Origin: a virus
Taxonomy: Duplodnaviria > Caudoviricetes
DNA: 41,343 nucleotides
Reading direction: 5' to 3' (one strand)
Virus record (IMG/VR): IMGVR_UViG_3300048838_000649
Coordinates: 1 to 41,343 of that record
The notes beneath the pieces are model-generated. The model was not told where the DNA came from. It searched no databases and saw only the letters and a list, made by a program, of their open reading frames with translations. Shown here piece after piece: positions 26,458 to 35,337 of this stretch. Numbering within the stretch: the stretch's first letter is position 1; each line of letters starts with the position of its first letter. Made by a program: the position numbers and the translations under genes.

Positions 26458-26525
26458 TTGACACAAGCCTTTATGGGTATGTTATACTCATTATGTAAAG
26501 CGTTGTAAGCATTATGACGCTTATG
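26458..26525 (+). promoter_or_regulatory. Promoter plus leader hairpin (copy 5)
   Basis: TTGACA...TGT-TATACT, then AAGCGTTGTAA-GCA-TTATGACGCTT immediately followed by ATG 26523. Confidence 0.8.
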
Positions 26526-26726
26526 GCAGCTTCTAAATACGAAAAAGGTGACAAAGTAACCACAGTTCATGGTGAAAAGCTCACCATCCTCGACGTAAAG
26601 ACCCAACCGATAAAGAGAAAAGGTAATCCGACAGGTAAGAACGCCACCTATGTCTTGGCAAAGAGTGGTGGAGTTAATACTTGGTTTCCGGTATCTAGAC
26701 TGGGTAAGAAAGGGGGTAACAAATAA
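26523..26726 (+). CDS. Small basic SH3/KOW-like protein
   Basis: KYEKGDKV...TWFPVSRL. TAATG-coupled to the next gene. Confidence 0.65.
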   Translation: MAASKYEKGDKVTTVHGEKLTILDVKTQPIKRKGNPTGKNATYVLAKSGGVNTWFPVSRLGKKGGNK

Positions 26727-27169
26727 TGGCTTCAATCGTCTATCAGAACGCTATCGCTAAGATGATGTCTGGTGATCTTGATTTGAACGCGCACGATATC
26801 CGTGTTGCCCTTCTAATGACTAATACAACGGCCGATACAGAGGCTGATGTTGACCTAATGAACGCATTTGGCACTCTCGATGAATGTGATTCAACAGGAT
26901 ACGCACGAGTCGCCTTAGCATCAGAGGCAGTGAATATCGACGACACCAATGACAGAGCAGAATTTGATGCTAACGATTCTTCATTCACCGGATTGGGCGG
27001 AGATGCAACACGAGCAATTCAAGGTGCATTGGTTTACAAACACGTAACAAATGACACTGATTCAATCCCCATAGCATTCATTGACTTCACCACTGATATT
27101 CCTGTTACCGCAACTCAGGTCGATATACCTTGGGATGCAGAAGGGATTATACAGGGAGCAAGTGCATAA
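26726..27169 (+). CDS. Virion tail-associated structural protein
   Basis: DLNAHDIRVALL, TGYARVAL, IPWDAEGI, typical of proteins preceding fibre genes. Confidence 0.7.
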   Translation: MASIVYQNAIAKMMSGDLDLNAHDIRVALLMTNTTADTEADVDLMNAFGTLDECDSTGYARVALASEAVNIDDTNDRAEFDANDSSFTGLGGDATRAIQGALVYKHVTNDTDSIPIAFIDFTTDIPVTATQVDIPWDAEGIIQGASA

Positions 27170-27215
27170 GATTGAGTAGGTTGATATGCCTATCGGTTGA
27201 TAGGCTCGATATTGT

Positions 27216-27250
27216 AGCCAGCCAGAATTGATAGGCTGGCTTTTTTATTT
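27216..27250 (+). terminator. Intrinsic terminator
   Basis: AGCCAGCC...GGCTGGCT followed by TTTTTATTT. A second hairpin GCCTATC-GGTT-GATAGGC lies at 27188-27205. Confidence 0.75.
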
Positions 27251-27252
27251 AG

Positions 27253-27357
27253 ATGGCTGATATACCGACAAGAAAATCGCCAGAAGTCTCGCAACGCTAT
27301 CAGGTCCGAGATAACACCTTCATTCAAGAAGTTAAGAGCAATCCCAAAGACCGTATA
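27253..27357 (+). pseudogene. Orphaned 5' end (35 codons) of the fibre gene
   Basis: MADIPTRKSPEVSQRYQVRDNTFIQEVKSNPKDRI aligns without gaps to the first 35 aa of 27966 (MSKLPTRLSSEISARFQSSGNTLSRDIKDNPRDLI). Confidence 0.75.
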
Positions 27358-27360
27358 GGG

Positions 27361-27930
27361 CTACTTATACAGTTGAGGAGAGAGTTTAAGTCGTTTCATA
27401 GTGTCGCTGATCTTTTTTCTAGTTTCTGGAGATTGATAACGTCTATGGTTAAGACTGATTTTCCTTTTATGCTCTGGGCTATTTTTCATTCCAAGTCTGG
27501 ATTTGTGTATTTTCATATGGTCAGATTTTTTAATTACTTTCAGATTTTCTGGTCGGTCGTCGCTTTTGACACAGTTAATGTGGTGTACCAGTTCATCGTC
27601 AGCAAGTTTTCTGCTTATAGATTTTTCCGCTACAAGTACGGAATTGAGAACGTAGCCAGATTTTCCAGCCCTGTGGTGTTTCGGTTTCCATATCCACAGA
27701 TATCCACTTTTGCTTCTATGTCCACCTTTAAAATTGGGAGACTTCTGTCCTTTTTTAAATTCAGTAGATGGAGAGAGATGTTCACCTTTTTGGATTTCAC
27801 GTCCACGATGAGTACCCATCATAGCTCTGTTCTTACATGGGTTGGAGCAATATTTGGCAAAACCATTTTTTACCCGACAAGGGTAAGTAGAAAATTCGCT
27901 ATTACAAGTTTTGCAAACGGTTTGTACCAT
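27361..27930 (-). CDS. Free-standing HNH homing endonuclease with NUMOD3-like repeats
   Basis: N-terminal CxxC...C, VHHINCVKSDDRPENL, and SPEHKRKIS / SPETRKKIS repeats. TGT-TAAGAT 6 nt before the ATG. Confidence 0.9.
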   Translation of the reverse strand: MVQTVCKTCNSEFSTYPCRVKNGFAKYCSNPCKNRAMMGTHRGREIQKGEHLSPSTEFKKGQKSPNFKGGHRSKSGYLWIWKPKHHRAGKSGYVLNSVLVAEKSISRKLADDELVHHINCVKSDDRPENLKVIKKSDHMKIHKSRLGMKNSPEHKRKISLNHRRYQSPETRKKISDTMKRLKLSPQLYK

Positions 27931-27965
27931 AAGAATATCTTAACATAAATGGGCGACACAAAACA

Positions 27966-30848
27966 ATGAGCAAACTACCAACACGATTATCGAGCGAGAT
28001 TTCAGCAAGATTTCAATCTAGTGGAAATACTCTCTCAAGGGATATAAAAGACAATCCGCGTGATCTCATCACTCTGGAGATCGGCGATTCTAAACAACCT
28101 GATTTTAAACCCCAAGCCAAGATAAGCAGATGGGACAATGAAGTGAACTTCTCACTGCGTGCACAAGAACACCCAGACGCAGTAGTTGAAACCGAGGGGA
28201 AGCTAATCAAGTACAAGACCCCCGACTACGAAGTACATCAGTACGATCTTGACCCCAGCGAATTAGGCGAAGATGGTGGATTAGAGTTTGAGTGGGTGCT
28301 TCCAAAGAAGCCAGAGAATAATGTCCTAACAGCCACAATCCAGACCAAGGGACTCAACTTCTATTATCAACCAGCGCTTACCCAAAAGGAAATAGACGAA
28401 GGTGCTAGTAGACCCGAAAATGTGGTCGGCTCATATGCAGTCTACCACGCTATAAAAGGCGGAATGAACCGAGCCGATGGGATGGAGTACAAAACTGGTA
28501 AAGCATTCCATATTTACAGACCGAAAGTCACTGATGCAAATGGAGTAGAAACGTGGGCAGAGCTGAATATTGATGAGGCGAGTGGGCTGTTATCAGTGAC
28601 CGTAGACCAGAAGTGGCTTGAAAGGGCAGTTTATCCAGTGGTGGTTGATCCTACACTCGGTCTGACTAGCAATGGTGCATCAGCGTTTGCTTTGAGTGAT
28701 AACGTCTACAGGGGACTAAAAATAACTGCTCCTGAAGATGGAACTATTAACTCGACCAGTGTGTGGTTCCTCGAATTTAGTGGGCAAACTTCCAATTTCA
28801 AAGGGGTACTGACAGATGCTGGTGCAGATGTTATAGAAACCAATGGAGTCACTGATGCAGCCGATGTAGTTGGGACAGGTGCAGATGTACTCTATACAGC
28901 AAATTATTCGACAGGCCCGTCGATCGTCGCTTCTACAGACTATATAATGTGGGTGATATTCCTCGAGACTTTTGCGGCGAGTATCTCTTACGATAGTACG
29001 GCGGAACAGGGGTGGCAAGCCAATCCCAATAGTTATGCGACACCTACAGCGCCAGTGGGCGAAGGGGCTACAACTAACGACTACTCCATCTACGCCACCT
29101 ATACAGCAAGTGGGGGAACAGAAGAAGCTGAAGTCTCCCCTGTCTCGACTACCTTCACTGTCCCATCAGTCACGGCAACTTTCGAATCAGAACAAACAGC
29201 CTCAGTATCTCCCATAGCAACCACATTCACAGCAGTTGCTATCGCTGCATTAGCGACATTCTCAGCGGGCGTAGCACCAATCAGCACCACATATACCGTT
29301 CCAGCCACAACAGCCACTTACGATGCGGTACTAAGCGCCTCAGTAGCACCCCAATCAGTTACTTTCACACCTCCTGCTTTGACGGCAGCCTATGTGCAAG
29401 TTGAGACAGCCAGTGTAGCACCTATAGCTACTACATTTAGTGTGCCATCTACTACAGCCACGTACAGTGAGCCAGCTCCTCGCTCTCTTGATCTGGAAGC
29501 AAGTAACTCCGAGTACGCTTACATCAGCGACGGAGATCAAACAGATCTTAACCCGACAGGGGACTTCACACTTGAAGGACAGTTCCAATTTGAGTCCACA
29601 CCATCGAGCGATACGATGATGCCGCTTATTACCAAATATGCAGTATCCAGCTCGAACAGAACCTTTCAGTGGGGACTATACAACGACGCAGGAACACTTA
29701 AGATTCAGGCACAAGTCTACAACAGTGCAGGCAGTCAAGATGTTGTCAGATGGAACTGGACACCCGCAACCGATGGAACGTGGTTCCACCTCGCACTTAC
29801 ATTTGATATATCGCAGGCTACCGCCTCGGAATTTGAATTGTTCATAGTCGGAGTAAGCCAAGGGAACGGTACTGTAATTGTCGACAACAACATCTCCGAT
29901 ATCAAGGACAGCACGGTAGATTTTGCTATCGGTATGGCACGAGAAGGTACGGACTTCTTTGATGGCAAGATCGACGACGTAAGAGTCTGGAGTGACGTCA
30001 GAACATCAGGGGAAATAGATGACAACCGTGATACTGAGCTCAATGGTGACGAAGCAGGACTTGTCGGTTATTGGAAGTTTAACACCAGTCTTGCTGACGA
30101 AACCTCTAACGGAAACGATCTGAGCTTCTCCCCTGCAAGCCCGACATATTCGACTGAGATTCCTTTTTCCTTTGACGAGACGGCTAGTGTTTCTCCAGTT
30201 GTCGCCAATTTCACAGTTCCTTCAACAACCGCATCTTACATACAGATAGCAACAGCCAGTGTCGCCCCAATCTCAAGCACGTTCTCAGTACCATCCACAT
30301 CAGCCACCTATGAAGCAGTACTAGACGCTGATGTAGCACCCGTTGCCACTACATATATAGTACCAGCGGTTAATGCTACATATATTCAGGTAGAGACAGC
30401 GGGGGTAGCTCCGATATCAAGCACTTTTACAGTCCCCGCAACAACCGCAACCTTTGAAGGCATATTCAATGCACAAGTGTCACCTGTAGCAATCACATTT
30501 GCAGTTCCTGCTCTGACGGCAAGTGTAATAGCGAATGCGGCCGTATCCCCAGTTGGCATAACATTCACTGTTCCTTCTGTTACCGCAATAGGGACGAGCT
30601 TCACGGCCGTTACAAGTTCTTCTGTGATCACATTCGTAGTTCCAGAGTTGGCCGCAGGTTTCTCGATTGACGCTCTTGTCTCTCCGGTCTTGATTAACTT
30701 TGGTGTATCTATCCCCACACCAGATGTCATAAAGACGTGGGCGCTAATGCAGAAGATCGATGATTCGGACAATTGGACTCCCCAGACCAAAATTGATGAT
30801 TCCCAAAACTGGACATCAAGTTCTAAAATTGATAACTCAGACAACTGA
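27966..30848 (+). CDS. Large tail fibre / adhesin with LamG (ConA-like) domain
   Basis: 960 aa. ~24-aa ASVxPxxxTFxVPxxTATY repeats flank a LamG domain (GDFTLE, WFHLALTF, FDGKIDDVRVW, LVGYWKFN). C-terminal KIDxSxNWT x3. Confidence 0.85.
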   Translation: MSKLPTRLSSEISARFQSSGNTLSRDIKDNPRDLITLEIGDSKQPDFKPQAKISRWDNEVNFSLRAQEHPDAVVETEGKLIKYKTPDYEVHQYDLDPSELGEDGGLEFEWVLPKKPENNVLTATIQTKGLNFYYQPALTQKEIDEGASRPENVVGSYAVYHAIKGGMNRADGMEYKTGKAFHIYRPKVTDANGVETWAELNIDEASGLLSVTVDQKWLERAVYPVVVDPTLGLTSNGASAFALSDNVYRGLKITAPEDGTINSTSVWFLEFSGQTSNFKGVLTDAGADVIETNGVTDAADVVGTGADVLYTANYSTGPSIVASTDYIMWVIFLETFAASISYDSTAEQGWQANPNSYATPTAPVGEGATTNDYSIYATYTASGGTEEAEVSPVSTTFTVPSVTATFESEQTASVSPIATTFTAVAIAALATFSAGVAPISTTYTVPATTATYDAVLSASVAPQSVTFTPPALTAAYVQVETASVAPIATTFSVPSTTATYSEPAPRSLDLEASNSEYAYISDGDQTDLNPTGDFTLEGQFQFESTPSSDTMMPLITKYAVSSSNRTFQWGLYNDAGTLKIQAQVYNSAGSQDVVRWNWTPATDGTWFHLALTFDISQATASEFELFIVGVSQGNGTVIVDNNISDIKDSTVDFAIGMAREGTDFFDGKIDDVRVWSDVRTSGEIDDNRDTELNGDEAGLVGYWKFNTSLADETSNGNDLSFSPASPTYSTEIPFSFDETASVSPVVANFTVPSTTASYIQIATASVAPISSTFSVPSTSATYEAVLDADVAPVATTYIVPAVNATYIQVETAGVAPISSTFTVPATTATFEGIFNAQVSPVAITFAVPALTASVIANAAVSPVGITFTVPSVTAIGTSFTAVTSSSVITFVVPELAAGFSIDALVSPVLINFGVSIPTPDVIKTWALMQKIDDSDNWTPQTKIDDSQNWTSSSKIDNSDN

Positions 30849-30905
30849 ACCAATAAGACAAAAATCGATAATTGAAAAATGCTACAATGAAAAAAGTCGG
30901 ATGAC

Positions 30906-31178
30906 ATGCCAAATCAATCAACAGGACAAAAGAACGAAATAAAGCTCGGAATCATGGCGAACCAGATAACAAATATCGAGAATGACATTAGTGAGATCAA
31001 AGACTCGATAAGGGACTTGAACACCAAAATAGATCACACCTATGTCACCAAACAAGAGCTAGATCAAAGACTGAAGCCTGTTGAAAACCTTGCCTCCAAT
31101 ATTGGCAGGGTGGTGTTAGCGGTCATCACCGCAATCGTTTTGGGTGTACTAGGACTAATGGGACTTAGGAGTCAATGA
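30906..31178 (+). CDS. Coiled-coil plus C-terminal TM protein (holin/XhlA-like)
   Basis: Heptad N-terminus and VVLAVITAIVLGVLGLMGL, directly before the endolysin. Confidence 0.7.
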   Translation: MPNQSTGQKNEIKLGIMANQITNIENDISEIKDSIRDLNTKIDHTYVTKQELDQRLKPVENLASNIGRVVLAVITAIVLGVLGLMGLRSQ

Positions 31179-31194
31179 AATGCTATACTGATCT

Positions 31195-31920
31195 ATGAGG
31201 GATAAACTAAACCAGTTCGTTGAGAACCTCCAAGGACAGTTTGTTGAGGTATCCTACAGAGAGGCAATCTATCAATGTATGGATCTAGCCTACACATGGG
31301 TATTCGCTCTCGGATATCCCAAAGCTACAATCCAAAATCTCTACGCCTTTCAGGTCTACACTAACCCCAAACCAGTTACAAAAGAATACTTCGATCTGAT
31401 TCCCAACACCCCCAACGCGATCCCTGAAGATGGCGATCTGGTAGTTTGGAGTAGCGGATATGGACCAGCAGGACACATCGCCATTGCTCTCAGTGGTGGT
31501 ACAACAAGCACCTTCATGTGTTTCGAGCAGAATAACCCGCTGGGTACAAGCGCCCACGTACAACGTAGGAATTATGACCACGTACTCGGATGGCTCAGGC
31601 CCAAAAAGTTCGAAGAAAATACGCAAGCCCCGATTGAGTTCAAAGACAAAACTATTATCCCAGTAGGCGATCCCTTTGGAAACGTTGAGCTACAGGCTCT
31701 TAGAAGCATTCTAAGAGATCAGAAGCGCGACATTGATGATCTACAACGTAGGTTAAAGGTATGCGAGAACCAGCCCCCAACAATCATCGAGATTGAGAAG
31801 GAAGTTCCAGTTGAGAGAGTAGTTGAGAAACGTATCGTATTACCGCCAAGCTCTATCAAGGGTAGGTTGGCTAATTCTCTTTTCAGCCTAGCTGTATTTC
31901 TTAGCAGGTCTGAAAAGTAG
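31195..31920 (+). CDS. Endolysin, CHAP domain
   Basis: YQCMDL, GDLVVW, AGHIAI, EQN, LGWLRP. C-terminal coiled coil. Confidence 0.9.
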   Translation: MRDKLNQFVENLQGQFVEVSYREAIYQCMDLAYTWVFALGYPKATIQNLYAFQVYTNPKPVTKEYFDLIPNTPNAIPEDGDLVVWSSGYGPAGHIAIALSGGTTSTFMCFEQNNPLGTSAHVQRRNYDHVLGWLRPKKFEENTQAPIEFKDKTIIPVGDPFGNVELQALRSILRDQKRDIDDLQRRLKVCENQPPTIIEIEKEVPVERVVEKRIVLPPSSIKGRLANSLFSLAVFLSRSEK

Positions 31921-31924
31921 TCTT

Positions 31925-32125
31925 ATGACGAAACCCAAATACCCACTTGAGGTGAAGTTAGAAGTGGCGGTTGAGAAAACTAGCAGGGAACTGCTATTGT
32001 GGATCAAGATGATTAAGTTGTATTTTTTTAAAGCACCCAAGAAAGATGAAGTGGCTTTCTATATGATAACTAGAGGTATGTGGCTCCTGTGGATCACCAC
32101 AACTATCTATGTATTGAGGGCATGA
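31925..32125 (+). CDS. Small membrane protein
   Basis: 66 aa with hydrophobic C-terminus, in the lysis cassette. Confidence 0.55.
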   Translation: MTKPKYPLEVKLEVAVEKTSRELLLWIKMIKLYFFKAPKKDEVAFYMITRGMWLLWITTTIYVLRA

Positions 32126-32370
32126 ATGAACTACAAAAGAAACTACTAGACACCTACCCCCAAAGGGACGAGGAGGATGTATTCGGACGACGGCCGGCAA
32201 CTCCCAGAGAGATACTAGACACGGTGAGTATGAGAGTCGTGCCAGACGGAAACAACTTCCCCAATCAGCTCGAGGTCTACTTACCAACTGACCTAGATGT
32301 CCGACAAAAAGGCGATGATCGGGTCAAGAAAAGCCATATGAGGAGAGTTACCAAAAGCGGGCGGAGGTGA
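32122..32370 (+). CDS. Hypothetical protein
   Basis: ATGA-coupled start at 32122 with GAGG SD. Confidence 0.6.
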   Translation: MNELQKKLLDTYPQRDEEDVFGRRPATPREILDTVSMRVVPDGNNFPNQLEVYLPTDLDVRQKGDDRVKKSHMRRVTKSGRR

Positions 32371-32376
32371 TCATCT

Positions 32377-32559
32377 ATGAAGAATCTTTTATCAGAACAC
32401 GTAGCACCATACAACAAAGCCATTGTACCTTTGGTTGTAGCTGTAGTGCTTGGATTGTTAGCCAGAGTAGGGATCACTAACGATATGTCTATATCGGAGG
32501 CGCTTACATTGGTAGTGACATCAGGATTGGTGTACGCAGTTCCGAACAAGACCAAATAA
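32377..32559 (+). CDS. Putative holin (two TM)
   Basis: KAIVPLVVAVVLGLL...LVVTSGLVYAVPNK. SD GGAGGTGA. Confidence 0.78.
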   Translation: MKNLLSEHVAPYNKAIVPLVVAVVLGLLARVGITNDMSISEALTLVVTSGLVYAVPNKTK

Positions 32560-32603
32560 AAAAAGGAGGGGTTTCAAGCTGAGTCCAGTCAACTACCCCT
32601 CCT
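32558..32603 (-). terminator. Minus-strand intrinsic terminator
   Basis: AGGAGGGGT...ACCCCTCCT stem with a long A-run on the plus strand. Confidence 0.65.
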
Positions 32604-32662
32604 GTACGCACCTTTCCATTATATCATTTGGAGCAAGTTTATGGGCAAAAACGACTATTTAA

Positions 32663-33538
32663 TTGGATAGAATCTACCCTGATAAAAAAGACAGACCTTG
32701 GAACCCAAGCCAAGTAGACGAGATACTAAACGACACCCAAGACTTTCTAACTGATTTTGACATAGGCCAGATCGAGGCCACTTTCACCCCCAGACTCGAT
32801 CACCCAGACAAACCTATCCTCATACTCTTAATGACCGACCCCCACTACGGATCCATATTCGTTGATGTCAACCTGATAAACCAGCACTTCGATTTAGTCG
32901 AAAACACGCCAAATACCTATGTGGTCATAAACGGCGATGATACCGACAACTTCAACGCCACGGGCAAGTGGGCTTCTGCCATGATGGAGAACCCCATACC
33001 ACCTCAACAGGTATCAAGAGCTTGGTTTGAGAAAGTCAAACCCTTAGATGAAAAAGGCAAGATAGGTGCAATGGGCTTTGGTAATCACAATGACTTCGGA
33101 GGCCGAGCAGGGCAAGACTGGTACGATTCATTTTTGGGCCAACTGAGAGCGCCAGTATTTACAACTGGTGGACTACTTCATATCAAGATGGGAGTCACTT
33201 ACGATCTAGCCATGACCCATATGTATTGGGGAACAAGTAAGCTAAACCCGACCAATGCTTGTAAGCGGTTCATGGATTTTGAATACCCACAGGCGGACAT
33301 TATCTTTCTCGGCCACACGCATCAATCGGAAGCGCTTCACTTTGAAAAGGGAGGTAAAGACCGAATCGGGGTAATTGGCGGAACGTACAAGGAGGTTGAC
33401 CCTTGGGCTAGAAAACGTGGGATCTCAGGCAGTAGTGGTAGACCCGGACACGCTATTATGCTCTATCCCAATGAGCGAAGAATGGAGCACTTTAAAAGCA
33501 TTGACACAGCAGTTGCTTTGCTGAAAGCCTTGCTCTAA
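32663..33538 (+). CDS. Calcineurin-like metallophosphoesterase
   Basis: TDPHYG, NGDDTD, GNHN, H, GHTH motifs. Start codon uncertain (TTG). Confidence 0.88.
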   Translation: MDRIYPDKKDRPWNPSQVDEILNDTQDFLTDFDIGQIEATFTPRLDHPDKPILILLMTDPHYGSIFVDVNLINQHFDLVENTPNTYVVINGDDTDNFNATGKWASAMMENPIPPQQVSRAWFEKVKPLDEKGKIGAMGFGNHNDFGGRAGQDWYDSFLGQLRAPVFTTGGLLHIKMGVTYDLAMTHMYWGTSKLNPTNACKRFMDFEYPQADIIFLGHTHQSEALHFEKGGKDRIGVIGGTYKEVDPWARKRGISGSSGRPGHAIMLYPNERRMEHFKSIDTAVALLKALL

Positions 33539-34746
33539 TCGTTGCGTGTGATGACGAGATTGTCAAACGTAGAGTGGCCGTTCATTGTGAAGCTGATCCC
33601 GCCATTATCGGAGTAGGTGTTGGCAAAAACGATTCTTCCTCTTTCTACATGCATTATCCGTCCATCCTCCACAATTACCTCAACGTCACCGACCCAAACA
33701 GGATTTGAATCTGGTATTGAACCAGAACTGCTACCGCTCACATACGACCAACCCCCACCACCCCCATCTTCGTGGTATTCAAGATAGCTTGTATCGTTTT
33801 CTCTCACACGCAATCTCCAGTCGTATTGGACGCTCCCACTAACAAAGAACGTGATTGTGTAATTACGCCATGACTCATCACCTACCTTAAAAGTGAATGG
33901 GCCGTGCAGTAATCCATTGACGATTGAGTAATCCCCACTCGGGTTCAGGAGCGGATCAATTTCAAGGTCGTCGAAATCCTCTGAGATGATAAAGTCAGGG
34001 GGAAAGGGCGTGGCTTCTGGCGTTGGCGTAGTAGTAGGGGGAGCGCTAGTCACCTCGACTGTTACTGGTACTTCAGTGACGGCCGCAACAAGTGAAGTCA
34101 CCTCTACTGGTACAGTCTGAATCATCTCAACTACTCTGGTCACTTCCCTCTCGACTTGCTGCGTCACAACCACCGTAACTGGAACCTCAGTGACAACCGG
34201 AACTTCAACAACTTCAGGGATGATGTTGTCTATCCTTTGTTGAAGATTCTGTCTGCCTATGAATTGCCAAATCGCAATCCCCAGTAGACCTAAAAGAATA
34301 GTACCTATCAGTATCGGTAGTGTGTGGTGGCGTTGATCTCTGATTGGCGGTTGAGGGGGCAGATCGCTAACACCCTCGATGATTGTAGGAATCGGGGTCG
34401 GTTCTTCTTCTGTTTGTTCTTGGGGTTCTTCTTCGGGGTCAGGATCAGGCTCGGGTACTTCTTCAGGCTCGGGTTCAGGAATTGGTTCTGGTTCGGGTTC
34501 CTCAACCACAGTCCCAAGTATGTAAGGGGCAAACTGATCTTGAGTGAACGGCCTCATACAAGCGAAGGCCTCAGCTTTTATGTTTCGTATTGTGCTGGAA
34601 CTGTGGTCGAGATAGTGGAGTCCAACTCTCCTATCTTTCGAGAGTGACTTATCCGAGAGATCAGGATGCTCGAAAACTACCCGTAAAACCTCTCTTTCCG
34701 TGTCTGTGAGGAGATTAATTCGGGCTTTAATTTCTTCGGCACTCAT
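33535..34746 (-). CDS. Membrane-anchored protein with N-terminal LuxR-like HTH and C-terminal beta-sandwich
   Basis: LTDTEREVL...SSSTIRNIKAEAF, P/E linker, one TM (LPILIGTILLGLLGIAIW), V/T/E repeats, then EDFDD...WRNYTI...FDNLVIT. Confidence 0.75.
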   Translation of the reverse strand: MSAEEIKARINLLTDTEREVLRVVFEHPDLSDKSLSKDRRVGLHYLDHSSSTIRNIKAEAFACMRPFTQDQFAPYILGTVVEEPEPEPIPEPEPEEVPEPDPDPEEEPQEQTEEEPTPIPTIIEGVSDLPPQPPIRDQRHHTLPILIGTILLGLLGIAIWQFIGRQNLQQRIDNIIPEVVEVPVVTEVPVTVVVTQQVEREVTRVVEMIQTVPVEVTSLVAAVTEVPVTVEVTSAPPTTTPTPEATPFPPDFIISEDFDDLEIDPLLNPSGDYSIVNGLLHGPFTFKVGDESWRNYTITFFVSGSVQYDWRLRVRENDTSYLEYHEDGGGGGWSYVSGSSSGSIPDSNPVWVGDVEVIVEDGRIMHVERGRIVFANTYSDNGGISFTMNGHSTFDNLVITRND

Positions 34747-34857
34747 TAAATCCTACACCCCCGAAAGTGTAAAAAACTCGAAACTCTTAAATTTATTTAA
34801 CGTGTGACACTTACGTTAGGTATCCGATTGTATTTTAAAAAGCTATGGAGGCAAAGC

Positions 34858-35337
34858 ATGAAGTTAGTGAAGTCGGAACAAGCGAAGTTAGCAGTTGAGG
34901 TGGGTCGCAAGAACCGTGTGACCTTCCGCGCCCTTGAAGGACGTGGGGTACTCACCGAGCCAGTGTACCACGATGAGTGGTGGTACGTCCCCATCGAGCA
35001 AGACACGTCTGTGATTCCACAGGAAGCCTTGCGCCGTGTGGAGCTGTTGCAAAACGCTGGAGTCCCCATCAAGGGGATGATCGTAGCGCACGAAGCCCCA
35101 CTCACTCTGATGGCCCCGAAAAAGGATCGCCAGACACAGCGCGACTATACGGTTGTGAAGGCTGGTCTGATCGGGCTGCTCGGTGCAGTCGTTGCAATGG
35201 TGGTCGCTGCCCTTTCGGTGGTGGTGGCTATCCCCTTATTGGTAGTAACGGCAGTGTTGATTGATCCTGCCCTCATCGTGGTGGTTGAGGATGGATCGTG
35301 GGTGGAGGTGTGTGCATGGGACGAATCATTCGGATAG
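34858..35337 (+). CDS. Membrane protein
   Basis: GGAGG before ATG 34858. Long hydrophobic hairpin followed by IDPALI...WVEVCAW. Confidence 0.75.
   Translation: MKLVKSEQAKLAVEVGRKNRVTFRALEGRGVLTEPVYHDEWWYVPIEQDTSVIPQEALRRVELLQNAGVPIKGMIVAHEAPLTLMAPKKDRQTQRDYTVVKAGLIGLLGAVVAMVVAALSVVVAIPLLVVTAVLIDPALIVVVEDGSWVEVCAWDESFG

Noticed and set aside
27253-27948. 231-aa ORF as a genuine protein
   Set aside because: Beyond codon 35 it is the F/S/V-rich antisense shadow of the K-rich HNH gene.
27966-30848. Diversity-generating retroelement acting on the fibre
   Set aside because: No reverse transcriptase in the window and no TR/VR pair differing only at adenines. The repeats are protein-level.
30386-30907. 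Long antisense ORFs in structural genes (also 18598-18996, 23315-23797, 24486-25016)
   Set aside because: Shadow frames of well-supported plus-strand genes, with no independent motifs or start signals.
32641-32670. Frameshifted start of the metallophosphoesterase from ATG 32641
   Set aside because: That frame stops after 9 codons, and the phosphoesterase frame has TAA at 32660-32662, so a slip in the A-run would not join them.
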